Origin: an uncultured delta proteobacterium
Lineage (GTDB): Bacteria > Desulfobacterota > Desulfomonilia > UBA1062
Assembly: GCA_963752595.1 (NCBI GenBank)
Contig: CAVVYZ010000008.1
Span: forward strand, 1 to 64,000
Direction of reading: 5' to 3'
DNA length: 64,000 nt
Below are positions 19,690 through 31,235 of the stretch, in pieces. The position numbers and the translations under genes are program-made. Numbering within the stretch: the stretch's first letter is position 1; each line of letters starts with the position of its first letter. Below the pieces are notes generated by a model. It ran no database searches, was not told the DNA's origin, and saw nothing but the letters and a program-made list of their open reading frames with translations.

Positions 19690-20520
19690 CTACTGCTTTT
19701 CCGGAAACAGCTCGGCAAATTCCTCCGGGTAGAGTTTTTTTGCGCAATCAGGGCAGATGCCGTGAGAAAACTTCGCCTCAGAATGATCTCGAATATACGA
19801 CTCTATCTGTTTCCAATAGCCCTGATCATCCCGTATTTTCTTGCATGAGGCACAAATAGGCAACAGGCCGCTCAAGACTTTTATCTGGGCTATGGATTCT
19901 TTTAACTTCGCGGTTCGCTCTTCGACTTTCTGTTCCAACGTCCGGTTGAGTTCTGCCTTCTTTTCCAGCTCCTGCTGGGCGATATCGAGGGCACTGCCGG
20001 TTATGATGCTGTTCTGATAGGAGAGGCAAAGGATCATGATGGTGACAATGACACTGTTGAGCGTTCCCGAAAGGAGATGAAACTGAACCGAAGGCTGGGC
20101 ATGGATTGAGGCAAATACGTATAATGAAATCGTAAGGATAAGGAATATAAGCGATACCATGACAAGGATGCGCCGCGTGCCGAACATGGCGGTAAAGACC
20201 ATGACCGCAAACATCAGAACGCTGAAGCTGTTCGCCCCTGTTTCGATCTGAATAGAGCTCCTCACCAGATGCCCCATAATGGTAAGGGCAGTCACGATTA
20301 TGATGATCATATATACGGCTGCAGGGTACTTCCCTTTCCGAATAAGCAGGGCCCCTGCAGTCAGAGAGACAAAAAAGATCGCATCAATAACGAGAATCCC
20401 TGCCGGTTCACTCGAATTATTTCTCAGGATATTAATAATGAAATATAATGCAACGACGGGAAGTAAGATGAGCCCAGAGGAGAACGGCTGCTTTTTGTCG
20501 AATGATGAAAGATGAGGCAT
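19690..20520 (-). CDS. Membrane protein with coiled coil and C-terminal Cys/His zinc-ribbon-like domain
   Basis: About six TM segments, LEQKVEERT linker, LPICASCKKIRDD..W..IESYI..FSHGICPDC. Confidence 0.8.
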   Translation of the reverse strand: MPHLSSFDKKQPFSSGLILLPVVALYFIINILRNNSSEPAGILVIDAIFFVSLTAGALLIRKGKYPAAVYMIIIIVTALTIMGHLVRSSIQIETGANSFSVLMFAVMVFTAMFGTRRILVMVSLIFLILTISLYVFASIHAQPSVQFHLLSGTLNSVIVTIMILCLSYQNSIITGSALDIAQQELEKKAELNRTLEQKVEERTAKLKESIAQIKVLSGLLPICASCKKIRDDQGYWKQIESYIRDHSEAKFSHGICPDCAKKLYPEEFAELFPEKQ

Positions 20521-20609
20521 TATACTTTTCGAGGAAGATTATCGTTTAAATGGCGAGATAAGAGAGTAAATTTGAGAAGGCTACCCTATTCGTATTTTTC
20601 CATGTGACT

Positions 20610-20676
20610 CTTGACCCCTCTATCAAGAGATACTAATGAAAATCACTATGTTTAATTCATTCATGAAAACGCTCAC
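20610..20676 (+). repeat. Direct repeat copy A (5' module of tilS)
   Basis: 55/67 ungapped identity with 22134-22200 (hand count). Confidence 0.85.
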
Positions 20677-21916
20677 CGGCCCGTGCTTGGTCAGGGAAGG
20701 CGAGTCGGTGCTCGCCTGCTGCTCCGGCGGGGTCGATTCCATGGTACTCCTTGATCTGCTCGTGCATGCTTCAGGCCTGTTGCACCTTCGGGTGGGCGTG
20801 GTGCATGTGGATCACGGGATCAGGGAAGAGGCATCCTGGAAGGATGCGCTTTTCGTTTCCGAGTACTGTGAAAAGCTCGGGCTGCCCTGCCATGTCTATC
20901 AGCTGGGCATGTCGCCGAACGAACCGAACCTGGAAGAGCAGGCACGGCTCAGGCGATATGAGAGGATCTTTTCATGCATGAGAGAGCACGGCTATCGGTC
21001 GGCTGCCACAGGCCATACCATGGACGATCAGGCTGAGACGCTCGTGTACCGGTTCGTCAGGGGAAGCGGCATCAGGGGCTTGGGCGGCATGGAGCACCGG
21101 GGCGCGAACGGCCTCATCAGGCCTATGCTGCCTTTCACCAGGGAACAGATCGAAGGCTATGCAGCACAGAAAGGCATCCCGTATGGAGAAGACAGCACGA
21201 ATCTTGACACGATTTTTGTACGCAACCTCATACGCCGCGAAATCATCCCTGTCATGGAAAGGATCAATCCTTCGGCGGTCAGAGCCATATCCCGCCTTGC
21301 CGGCATCGCGCGGGAGGAGGGGGAGTTCATCGAAGGTCAGGCAACGGCGCTCGAAGGCTCTTCCCGGGTGCTCGACTGGGGCATCGTGCGGGCGTACCGG
21401 CTGGCGGATCTCGAAGGCGCACCGCCCGCAGTGCTGAAACGAATGGTGATCAGGATCGTGTCCGCGATGCTGAACGAGCCGAGGGGGATCGACAGCCTCC
21501 AGGTGGAAGGCATCATGGAGGTCATTGATGGCCCGAAGGCTGCACATACGATCAAGAGGAAGGTTACGGCCAGGAGGGATGAAGAGAGTTTGGTTTTCTC
21601 CATTTCCGGCACAGGGCCTTTTTATGATTTTGTCGTTCCTGAGCCGGGGATATACTTGATCGAGCCACTGCTTCAGCAGGTGCGGATCGACTTCGACAGG
21701 AAGCAGGGGCTGCACCTTCACCTGAGGTCTCACTTGGACGGCGAGCGGTTCCAGGGCAAGAGGGTGGTGAGGCTGCTTGCGGATGGGGGGATCATGAAGT
21801 CACTGCGGCCTTTCTGGCCTGTGCTCGTGTCCGGCCGGGAGGTCGTGTCGGTCGCCGGTTTGTGGGACAGCGGAGATGGGACGGTCCTCAAAACCGAATT
21901 CCCCTGTCAAGGTTAG
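20636..21916 (+). CDS. tilS: tRNA(Ile)-lysidine synthetase
   Basis: SGGVDS PP-loop, HVDHGIR, EEQARLRRY, GHTMDDQAET, IRPML, RNLIR. Confidence 0.93.
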   Translation: MKITMFNSFMKTLTGPCLVREGESVLACCSGGVDSMVLLDLLVHASGLLHLRVGVVHVDHGIREEASWKDALFVSEYCEKLGLPCHVYQLGMSPNEPNLEEQARLRRYERIFSCMREHGYRSAATGHTMDDQAETLVYRFVRGSGIRGLGGMEHRGANGLIRPMLPFTREQIEGYAAQKGIPYGEDSTNLDTIFVRNLIRREIIPVMERINPSAVRAISRLAGIAREEGEFIEGQATALEGSSRVLDWGIVRAYRLADLEGAPPAVLKRMVIRIVSAMLNEPRGIDSLQVEGIMEVIDGPKAAHTIKRKVTARRDEESLVFSISGTGPFYDFVVPEPGIYLIEPLLQQVRIDFDRKQGLHLHLRSHLDGERFQGKRVVRLLADGGIMKSLRPFWPVLVSGREVVSVAGLWDSGDGTVLKTEFPCQG

Positions 21917-21965
21917 GGGCATCCGGATTCAGCAGAATTTCATGAGAAACACCCCAGGATTCATT

Positions 21966-22062
21966 TTCAGCGCGCTTTGCCTTGATCTTTTCCTTGTCCT
22001 TGACCCCGAACCGGTGCTCTTCGTCCACGATGAGGAGGCCCAGGTCGCGGAACTTCACCCTT
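21966..22062 (-). repeat. Inverted copy of internal mfd segment 24315-24411
   Basis: Reverse complement matches 96/97 nt; the only mismatch is 22020 vs 24357 (GAA vs GAG, synonymous). Confidence 0.95.
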
Positions 22063-22133
22063 CGGGGATAACAAACACGTGAGTATGTGATGGAGACTGC
22101 TCTCCATATAAACCATACAGAGCGTATGTAGCC

Positions 22134-22200
22134 CTTGACCGCTTTACGAAGAGATACTAATGAACATCACCATGTTTGATTCATCCGTAAAAACACCCAC
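22134..22200 (+). repeat. Direct repeat copy A' (5' module of mfd)
   Basis: CTTGACC..AAGAGATACTAATGAA.ATCAC.ATGTTT.ATTCAT shared with 20610-20676. Confidence 0.85.
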
Positions 22201-25200
22201 AGCCGCGAGCATTCAGAAAAGTCTTGCGCAGGTTCGGTGCATCGGTCCGCTGCCGCCCGCGTTACAGGCATTTGTCATCGCTGCAATCGTGAAAGATGCT
22301 GCAAAGCCGGTGCTCTGGCTCATGGAGAGCACCGACGAGATGTACCAGGCACAGGAGAACCTGGCGGTCTTCCTCGACACCTCATGGGTAAATGTCTACC
22401 CGCCCCTGGATGTCCGGCCGTACCAGGACGACAGCCCATCGAAAGAAATTATTGCCGAGCGCATAAACGTGCTCTCCCGGCTGCTCTCGGAACGCCCCGG
22501 TGTGGTCATTGCCCCCTTTGACGCGGTCATATGGCCGGTCATTCCGAAGGATGAGCTCGAAGCCTCGCGCATCCATCTTGGGGCAGATATCGATATCGAC
22601 AGGGACGACCTGTCCCGCAGGCTCGTCCAGATGGGCTATACACGGGAGGCCCTCATTGATGACATCGGCCAGTTCAGCATCCGGGGCTCGGTCATGGATA
22701 TCTATTCCCCCGGCATGGAAGAGCCTGTCCGGATCGACCTGTGGGGGGATACGGTCACCTCGATCAAGACATTCAACCTGAACACACAGCGCTCCGGCAA
22801 GCTGATCCCGTCCGTCACCATCCTGCCCGCAAGCGAGGTGCTGCTGGATATCAACCATGTAAAGAACGCACGTCCTTGGCTGCGGAGGATGAAAGACCCG
22901 TCCATGGCCGCCCTCATCGGGGATATCGAGCAGGGGATCTACCCTCCGGGCATCGAGGCCTACCTCACCCTGTTCTACGAGCAGCCTGCAACAGTCTTCG
23001 ATTACCTGCCTGCAGGGAGCATCGCGGCATGCCCTGACAGCTCCATCCTCGATCTCTGGTGGGAGAACGCATCTGCGAGGTTCATGCAGGCATACGAGCA
23101 CCTGAAGGAAGGGAAGGGCAAGCATCTCCCGCCCGAATCTCTCCTGGTCGGCAGGGAAGCGATCAGGAAAGGCATCGAAAGGCTTGAGCCTGCAGGTCGC
23201 CACATCCTTTAATGAAAAGGGCCGGTGCCCGGACTTCAGAACCATACCGGCGGTCCCTCCATCGGCCAAGGCAAGCGAAATCCTGATCGAGACCATCAAG
23301 GATCTCCAGGGCGAGGGCATGGACGTCTTTGTCTTTGCCGGCAACCAGATGCTTGTCTGAGCGTGTCAACTTTGCCCTGACCAGCCGCGGCCTTGCACCC
23401 GGCCAATCGGAAGGCACACGGATGCTTTCCCGCGAAGGGTGGGGGGCCAAGCTCTTCGTTGCAGACGGCTACCTCTCCTCCGGGTTCGTCCTGCCCAAGC
23501 TCGGGATAGCCGTGATATCGGCCGATGAGATGCTGGGATTCAGGAAGCGGAAGAAACGCTCTGCCGGAGGTCTCCCTCTGCTGAATCCCTTTACCCAGCT
23601 CAACGTGGGTGATGCGGTGGTGCACCAGGATAACGGCATCGGCATTTTCCAGGGCGTTATGCGGCTCGAGCTCGAAGGCTTCAAGAGCGATTTTGTCCAG
23701 CTGGAATATCTGGGTGGAGACAAGCTCTACGTGCCGGTCTACAGGCTATCGCTCCTCCAGCGCTACATCGGCGATACCGATGCCTTCATCATCGACAAGC
23801 TGGGCGGCACCAGGTGGTCCAAAGTTACGGAAAAGGCGCGGGAGTCCGTGGCAAAGCTCGCCAACGACCTGCTTGCCATCTATGCCAAGAGAGAGAGCAG
23901 CATCGGCTTCACCTATGACACCTCGGCTCCCGTGGTGGAGGAGTTCGAGGACACCTTCCCTTATGAAGAGACAGAGGACCAGCTCAAGGCAGTGGAGGAA
24001 GTGTACGGCGACATGGCTTCGCGCAAACCCATGGACCGGCTCATCTGCGGCGATGTGGGCTACGGCAAGACCGAGGTGGCATTGCGGGCCGCTTATGCAG
24101 CGGTGATGTCGGGCAAGCAGGTGTGCGTGCTCGTGCCCACAACCCTGCTTGCCAGGCAGCATTTGAACACCTTTAAGGACAGGTTCTCCAACTGGCCGTT
24201 CCGGGTGGAGGGAATATCGGGCTTTTCCACCTCGGCACACAACAAAGAGGTGCAGGCAGACCTGGAAAAGGGCAAGGTGGATGTAATCATCGGCACACAT
24301 GCCCTGCTCACCGAAAGGGTGAAGTTCCGCGACCTGGGCCTCCTCATCGTGGACGAGGAGCACCGGTTCGGGGTCAAGGACAAGGAAAAGATCAAGGCAA
24401 AGCGCGCTGAAGTCGACATCCTCACCCTCACCGCCACACCCATACCCCGGACACTGAACATGGCCATATCCGGCATCCGCGACCTGTCAGTGATCGAGAC
24501 ACCGCCGGTCGACAGGAAGTCCATCGAGACCGTGGTGAGCAGGTATGACGAGGAGACGGTCCAGCAGGTGATTACACGGGAGCTGCTCAGGGGAGGGCAG
24601 GTCTTCTTTGTCCACAACCAGGTTGCCTCGATCGAAAGCATGGCCCGCAGGATCGAGGGGCTCGTTGCAAATGCGCGGGTTGGAGTGGCCCACGGCCAGA
24701 TGTCGCGGACACAGCTCGAGCATGTCATGTCGCGACTTCCTCGACCGCACCGCGAACGTGCTCGTGACTTCGGCCATAATCTCCTCGGGCATCGACATCC
24801 CGTCCGCAAACACGATCATCATCAACAGGGCGGACAAATTCGGCCTTGCCGACCTCTACCAGCTCCGCGGCAGGGTGGGCAGGTCCAAGATCAAGGGATT
24901 TGCGCTCCTGCTCATCCCCGAAGTCGGCCAGATCACCAGAGACGCCAGGAAGAGGCTTGCCGCCATCAAGGAATACGAATCGCTCGGCGCCGGGTTCCAG
25001 ATGGCCCTGCGGGATATGGAGATCCGGGGTGTGGGAGACATCCTGGGCAGGGCCCAGTGGGGCCATGTCACGGCCATCGGGTATGAGTCTACCAGCAGAT
25101 GCTCAAAGAGGCGGTGGATATGCTCCAGGGCAAGGAGGTCGTGACCGAGTTCGACCCCGAGATCCAGATCCAGCTCAATGCATACATCCCCGAGGAATAC

Positions 25201-25567
25201 TGCCCGGACCAGCACTTGCGGCTCGGCCTGTATAAACGGCTTTTCTCGGCTCGGAGCGAACGAACTGCCTGAGATCCGAGAAGAAATCACCGACCTCTAC
25301 GGAGAGCCGCCGCAGCCGGTCAAAGACCTGATGATCATAGCCGAAATCCGCGACAGGATGAAAAAACTCCGCCTGAAAAAGCTCGAGCGCAAAGATAACC
25401 GGTTGAGGTTATACCTGGGCCGTGATAGCATAATAAACTTGAAGGACTTGATAGAACTGGTAACACAGAAATACGGGCGGCTCTACCCGCAAGGGATTGC
25501 CGAGATCCCCATTGGAGAAGAGAACGTATCGGATGAGATACGCGACATCCTCTACCGCATCGCGTAA
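22160..25567 (+). CDS. mfd: Transcription-repair coupling factor, split by about five frameshifts
   Basis: UvrB-like module (GQFSIRGSVMDIY), RID (GDAVVH..GIG), GDVGYGKTEVA, DEEHRFG, TATPIPRT, QLRGRVGR, TRG, C-terminal D7; shifts near 23200, 23340, 24730, 25085 and 25245. Confidence 0.92.
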
Positions 25568-25607
25568 AAATGATATCGGGGTTAGATTACATACGAGGTG
25601 AGCTTTG

Positions 25608-26460
25608 ATGAACTCTATGAGGTATCGGTCAGGGACAGGCGTCATGCTCGGGGTCATTTTCATGATGACCGCCTGGGGCAATGCCCGCGCCGAGATGATC
25701 GACGGCATCGTGGCAGTGGTGGACAACGCTATCATCATGGACTCTGACCTGCAAAAGAAGATGACAGAGCTCGGGGCGCCGGAGGCGAGCAAGTCCGCCG
25801 AGAAGCAAGGTGCTCGAGCTCATGGTGGAAGATATCGTCATAGGTAAGGTCTACAAATCCATGGGGTTGCCGCCGGTTGCGGACAAAGAGGCGGAAGCTT
25901 TTGCCAAGAGCCAGAACGTCAGCCTGGAAACTGCAAAAAGCTACATTATGAAGGGCACCCTGATGGATATCATGGTCAAGTCAAGGGTAGTCATCACCGG
26001 GAATATGATCAAGAACTATTATGTGAGCCATGACGAGTACCAGGGAAAGAGTGCGGTCCGGCTCAAACAGATCCTCGTCAAAGGCGATGACTCCAAGGTC
26101 CGGAACGCGCTCGAAGAGCTACATGCCGGCGCTACGTTCGATATGGTTGCAAAGAAGTATTCCGATGTGCTTGCATCAGGAAGTTCGGATATCGGGTGGA
26201 TTGCCATTGACGATCTTTCCGACGAGGTAAAGAGCAGCATATCGGATGCCAAGCCCGGGGATATCATAGGCCCCATAACCATGAGCGGAAACAGACAGGC
26301 CGTTTATCAGTTCGTGGAAAAAGGCTTTTCAGGCCGGAAAAGCCTGGATGAGGTCAGTGATGAAATATCCGACATCCTTGTAAAGAAATACCAGCAGGAA
26401 GCATTCAACCACTGGCTGGAGAAGATGATGTCCGAATACTTCATCGGAATATATATTTAA
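25608..26460 (+). CDS. SurA/PpiC-type peptidyl-prolyl isomerase, frameshift near 25805
   Basis: Signal peptide plus IDGIVAVVD; QILVK, FDMVAKKYSD, DIGW; typical position after mfd. Confidence 0.78.
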
Positions 26461-26632
26461 TTACCGGTGATTCCTCTCGTTGAATAAGAAGCGCTTGCCA
26501 TATTCGATTATTTGCGTTGTAGTATCTCCTTAAGGAAGCTTAACAAAACCCAAAAATCATCATAGCCTCGAAACGGCATTGCAATGCAATTCCAGGGTAA
26601 ATACGGGAAAAGACACGCAACACGGAGCAGCA

Positions 26633-29413
26633 ATGAAGGATTTCATCGAGATAAAAGGAGCTTGTGAACACAATCTCAAAGGGATAGACGTTTCGATCCC
26701 GAGAAACAAATTCGTCGTCGTTACCGGCGTATCCGGCTCGGGAAAATCATCACTCGCATTCGATACGCTCTATGCCGAAGGCCAGAGGCGGTATGTGGAA
26801 TCCTTGAGCGCCTACGCCCGGCAGTTTCTGGAGCAGATGCCCAAGCCCCAGGTGGAATCCATCGAAGGGCTTTCCCCTGCAATCGCGATAGAGCAGAAGA
26901 CCACGTCCAACAACCCGAGGTCCACGGTGGGCACGGTGACCGAAATCTATGACTATATGCGCGTGCTCTTTGCCCGCATCGGAACCCCGCATTGCTGGCA
27001 GTGCGGTGCCATGATCGAGTCAATGACCATTCAGCAGATGGCGAGTGCGGTCCTCACACTAGGCCGGGGAGCAAAGATCATTATCCAGGCGCCGGTTGTC
27101 ACCGGCAGGAAAGGCGAGTACACAAAGCTCTTCGAAAACCTTGCAAAAGACGGATTCGTCCGTGTGAGCATCGACGGCGAGATGTACGACATCGAAGATG
27201 TGCCGGCGCTGGACAAGAAAAAGAAGCATACCATCGACGTGGTCGTGGACAGGCTCGTCATCAAGGAAGGCATCAACCAGCGCCTCATCGATTCCATCGA
27301 GATCGCCTGCAAACTCTCGGAAGGCACCCTCAAGATCAAGGACGCCAAGGGCAACGAGACGATCTATTCCGAGCATTACAGCTGTCCGGTCTGCAACGTG
27401 TCGTTCCCCGAGATATCCCCCCGGATGTTCTCGTTCAACAACCCTCACGGCGCATGTCCACGGTGCACGGGCCTGGGCGTCCTGCTGGAGGTGGACCCGG
27501 AGCTCGTGGTCCCCAATACCGGGCTTTCGCTCCTGCAGGGTGCGGTCGTCTCCTGGGGGGTTCCTCCGGGAAAGTTCGCAACCAGGCTCATCAGGCACCT
27601 GTCCCGGATTTTAGTTTTCGATCCGAAAACCCCCTTTGAAGAACTCGACCCTGACGTGCAGAAAACCATCTTCTACGGCAACGGTGTCAGGGGACCCTGG
27701 GGAACCCCCTTCGAAGGCGCGATCCCGAACCTCGAGAGGAGGCTCAACGATACCGAAACCGGCGAGATCAGGAGCGATGTACAGCGCTTCCTCAATTACA
27801 AGGCGTGTCCGGAATGCCATGGAGCCAGGCTGAAAAAGGAGATGCTCCATGTGGAGATAGGCGAAAAGAACATCTTCCAGCTCACGGACATGAGCGTGGA
27901 CTGCCTGCTGACTTATTTCAATACCCTGGCGTTGACGCCCAAGAAAAAGGAGATTGCCGGGAGATTGATCAAGGAGATCAAGGACCGGCTCGGGTTCCTC
28001 ACCTCGGTGGGCATCGGGTACCTCACCCTTGCCCGGGCCGCAGGCACCCTCTCTTCCGGAGAGTCGCAGCGGATCAGGCTGGCAACCCAGATCGGCTCTG
28101 CCCTCATGGGCGTGATGTACATCCTCGACGAGCCGACTATCGGGCTCCACCAGCGTGACAATGACCGGCTCATCAACACCCTCATTCACTTAAGGGATCT
28201 CGGCAATACCCTGATCGTGGTGGAGCACGACGAAGACACGATCCGCGCATCGGACTACGTGATCGACATGGGCCCGGGTGCAGGTGAGAAAGGCGGGTCC
28301 ATCATCTTCGAGGGAACACCTGAGGAGCTCATTATCTCGGAGACTTCGCTCACCGGGAAATATCTCTCGGGCAGGCTTTCCGTCCATGAATCTACGACGC
28401 GAAGAGATGCTGGGAGGGGGCATCTCACGATCAAGGGTGCAACGGCCAACAACCTCAAAGGCATCGACGCATCCATACCCATCGGTCTGTTCACCTGTGT
28501 CACCGGCGTTTCCGGCTCCGGCAAGTCGAGCCTTATCATCGATACGCTCTATCCCTATCTCACCAAGGCGCTTTCCGGCTCCCGGGCAGTGCCCCACAAC
28601 GTGAAAGCCATTACCGGGATCGAGCTCATCGACCGGGTCATCAATGTGGACCAGAGCCCTATCGGAAGGACGCCCCGGTCGAACCCGGCCACCTACACAG
28701 GCATCTTCACGCTCATCCGCGAGATCTTCACCATGCTGCCCGACGCCAAGCTGCGGGGGTACAAGCCCGGCAGGTTCAGCTTCAATGTCAAGGGCGGCAG
28801 GTGCGAGGCGTGCCAGGGCGACGGTCTCATCAAGATCACCATGCACTTCCTCCCGGATGTGTACGTCGTGTGCGATCAATGCCAGGGAAAGCGTTTCAAT
28901 GATGAGACCCTGGAGATCAAGTACAAAGGCAGGTCCATTGCAGACGTGCTCGGCATGAGCGTAACGCAGGCCCTCGAACTGTTCGATGCCGTCCCGTCCA
29001 TCAAACGCAAGCTCCAGACGCTGGTGGATGTAGGGATGGATTATATAAGGCTCGGCCAGAGCGCCACCACCCTTTCCGGCGGCGAGGCGCAGCGCACGAA
29101 GCTGGCACGCGAGCTCTCGAAGCGATCCACGGGCAAAACCCTCTACATCCTGGACGAGCCGACCACGGGCCTGCATTTCGAAGATATCAGCAAGCTCCTG
29201 AAAGTCCTGCACCACCTCGTGGACCAGGGCAACACCGTTCTCGTCATCGAACACAACATGGACATCGTCAAATCAGCCGACCATCTCATCGATTTAGGCC
29301 CGGAAGGAGGCGATGACGGAGGCAGGATCGTAGCCGTCGGATCGCCGGAAGAGATTGCCCGGTGCGAATCCTCCCATACCGGGAGATATCTTGGGCGGCA
29401 TCTCTTTCCTTGA
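26633..29413 (+). CDS. uvrA: Excinuclease ABC subunit A
   Basis: GVSGSGKSS twice, zinc fingers, LSSGESQR / [13 protein letters not shown]. Confidence 0.97.
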   Translation: MKDFIEIKGACEHNLKGIDVSIPRNKFVVVTGVSGSGKSSLAFDTLYAEGQRRYVESLSAYARQFLEQMPKPQVESIEGLSPAIAIEQKTTSNNPRSTVGTVTEIYDYMRVLFARIGTPHCWQCGAMIESMTIQQMASAVLTLGRGAKIIIQAPVVTGRKGEYTKLFENLAKDGFVRVSIDGEMYDIEDVPALDKKKKHTIDVVVDRLVIKEGINQRLIDSIEIACKLSEGTLKIKDAKGNETIYSEHYSCPVCNVSFPEISPRMFSFNNPHGACPRCTGLGVLLEVDPELVVPNTGLSLLQGAVVSWGVPPGKFATRLIRHLSRILVFDPKTPFEELDPDVQKTIFYGNGVRGPWGTPFEGAIPNLERRLNDTETGEIRSDVQRFLNYKACPECHGARLKKEMLHVEIGEKNIFQLTDMSVDCLLTYFNTLALTPKKKEIAGRLIKEIKDRLGFLTSVGIGYLTLARAAGTLSSGESQRIRLATQIGSALMGVMYILDEPTIGLHQRDNDRLINTLIHLRDLGNTLIVVEHDEDTIRASDYVIDMGPGAGEKGGSIIFEGTPEELIISETSLTGKYLSGRLSVHESTTRRDAGRGHLTIKGATANNLKGIDASIPIGLFTCVTGVSGSGKSSLIIDTLYPYLTKALSGSRAVPHNVKAITGIELIDRVINVDQSPIGRTPRSNPATYTGIFTLIREIFTMLPDAKLRGYKPGRFSFNVKGGRCEACQGDGLIKITMHFLPDVYVVCDQCQGKRFNDETLEIKYKGRSIADVLGMSVTQALELFDAVPSIKRKLQTLVDVGMDYIRLGQSATTLSGGEAQRTKLARELSKRSTGKTLYILDEPTTGLHFEDISKLLKVLHHLVDQGNTVLVIEHNMDIVKSADHLIDLGPEGGDDGGRIVAVGSPEEIARCESSHTGRYLGRHLFP

Positions 29414-29510
29414 CAATATGGGACAGGGGGGTTTAAATATTCATAGGTTATGTAAATAAATTATAAAAAGTATGTATTTACAAGACTTTTGATTATGGGG
29501 AGGAGAAAAA

Positions 29511-30527
29511 ATGAAGAAGTTTGTTGTTATTGCAGTTTTTATTTCGCTTATGGGGTGCTTCATTCAGCAGGGCCATGCAGAAGAGAAAACCTACCGCATC
29601 GAGGTGCTCCAGGTAACGAACATCGATCCCTTTGACAGGGCTTATAAGGGGTTCATAAGTGAGCTCGCCCGTAACGGCCTTGTCGAAGGCAAAAACTTGA
29701 AGGTCAATAAAAGAATCATCGACTTCGACGTGGAGAAGGGCGGCCTCTGGAAGAAGGTGGGTGTTCTCATGAGCATCAAGAGCAAGGCCTCTGAGATCGT
29801 TGCCGCAAAACCCGACCTCGTGCTCACCATCGGAACCCCTGCAACGAAATATGCAAAGGATAAGATCATCTCGGCAGGCATTCCGCTCGTATTCACCGCC
29901 GTTGCCTATCCCAAGGCCGCCGGCTGCGCATCGCTTACCGAGGCGGGCAAGGGTTTTACAGGTTCAACTTTGTGGATGGATGTGAAGGGCATCCTCCAGA
30001 TCATGAAGCTCGCATTCCCGGCCGTGAAGACAGTAGGCATTGTCCACACAGACGATGAGAACGCGGTTGCCGCTGTTGAGGATGTTAAGAAAATAGCACC
30101 TGCACTCGGCATGACTTGCATATCAAAGGAAATCAACAAGAAGGACTCCATCACCCCTGCCTCGGATGAACTGCGGACCCAGGGAGCCCAGGCCTTTATC
30201 GTCCCTCTCGACTCGTACTATGGACTGAGAGATTACGAGCCATGCCGCAAGCTCGGCGACTTTTCGGTCAAGTATAAAACCCCGGTGGTAAGCTTCACCC
30301 TGCTCAAAGTACCGGGGGCAATTCTGTACATCGGCGCTGACTTCATAAATATCGGATCGTATGCCGGAAAACAGGCCGTGAAAATCCTCAAAGAGGGCGC
30401 CAGGCCGGAAAGCCTTCCCATCATGAGGCAGGACGAGCTCAAGATCCTTGTAGACATAAAGCAGATGCAGTCCCTGGGCGTCAAACTGCCTATGGAGATC
30501 CTGCAGCTCGCAAAGCCGGTGGAATAG
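29511..30527 (+). CDS. ABC-type substrate-binding protein (ABC_sub_bind-like), copy 1
   Basis: Signal peptide, KPDLVLTIGTPA, IPLVFTAV, GKQAVKILK.G.RPESLPI. Confidence 0.8.
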   Translation: MKKFVVIAVFISLMGCFIQQGHAEEKTYRIEVLQVTNIDPFDRAYKGFISELARNGLVEGKNLKVNKRIIDFDVEKGGLWKKVGVLMSIKSKASEIVAAKPDLVLTIGTPATKYAKDKIISAGIPLVFTAVAYPKAAGCASLTEAGKGFTGSTLWMDVKGILQIMKLAFPAVKTVGIVHTDDENAVAAVEDVKKIAPALGMTCISKEINKKDSITPASDELRTQGAQAFIVPLDSYYGLRDYEPCRKLGDFSVKYKTPVVSFTLLKVPGAILYIGADFINIGSYAGKQAVKILKEGARPESLPIMRQDELKILVDIKQMQSLGVKLPMEILQLAKPVE

Positions 30528-30603
30528 CTTCTTGAAGTACCCGGCAATGCCCGGTCCGGAATGACTCACCCGCAGAAGCGGGGGAATGAATCCACACGGC
30601 GGG

Positions 30604-30801
30604 TTATTCTTTTGGATGCAGTACCGAATAGATCGCCCGGGAGAGCTTGACAAGGGTATAGGGCTTCTGGATAAACCCGTTTATTCCGAACTGCAGTACG
30701 GCTTCGACACGCTCGTCTTTCTTGAACCCTGAAGACAGGAGAACGCGGACGCCTTTGTCAATGGCCTGGAGCTCCTGATAGACCTCGGGTGATGTTCTCA
30801 T
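30604..30801 (-). pseudogene. C-terminal half of a response-regulator receiver domain
   Basis: VLLSSGF..GFIQKPYT present; the phospho-Asp half is absent. Confidence 0.65.
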
Positions 30802-31235
30802 CGTTATCAGTGGATATCAGCAGAGAGGGCATGAACTGGAAATATAACTGTCTTTTATCATCGCCGGCTGCAGCACCTCGCATGCTGTCCTGTATTCCTG
30901 ATATGACTTTTATAAAATAACATCATTCCAGCAATAAAAAGATCTGCTGTTATCAAAATACGAAAATATTCATAAGTTATTATACTGAAGGTCCCTGTTC
31001 AAGGGCATTGATCCTTGTGCCGCCTTGCCGATTATGAAAAACGTCAATGCCTTCAAAGCGCAGTCGGACTTATGCTTGGGAAAAATAAGTCTTTGGCGGA
31101 AACCTAGAAAAGTTGAGGCTGCCTGCAAAGAGCATCCCAGGCCGGCTTACGCCTGTTTAAAGAATTATTGAAGCATTCCCGATATAAACGTGTACTTTGG
31201 CATATTGCATTATAAATATTTGAAAGGGGTTACTC

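Noticed and set aside
21876-22082. 68-aa ORF between tilS and mfd
   Set aside because: Mostly the antisense reading of the duplicated mfd fragment
21966-24411. DGR template/variable repeat pair (the single mismatch is A versus G)
   Set aside because: Only one synonymous difference, the target is a conserved helicase motif, and no reverse transcriptase is present in the window
22160-25567. Programmed frameshifting or true pseudogenisation of mfd
   Set aside because: About five scattered indels with no consistent slippery motif, and the same pattern occurs in many unrelated genes
31090-31150. c-di-GMP riboswitch (GGAAAC..GAAA..GCAAAG-like words)
   Set aside because: The required P1/P2 stems could not be built convincingly by eye
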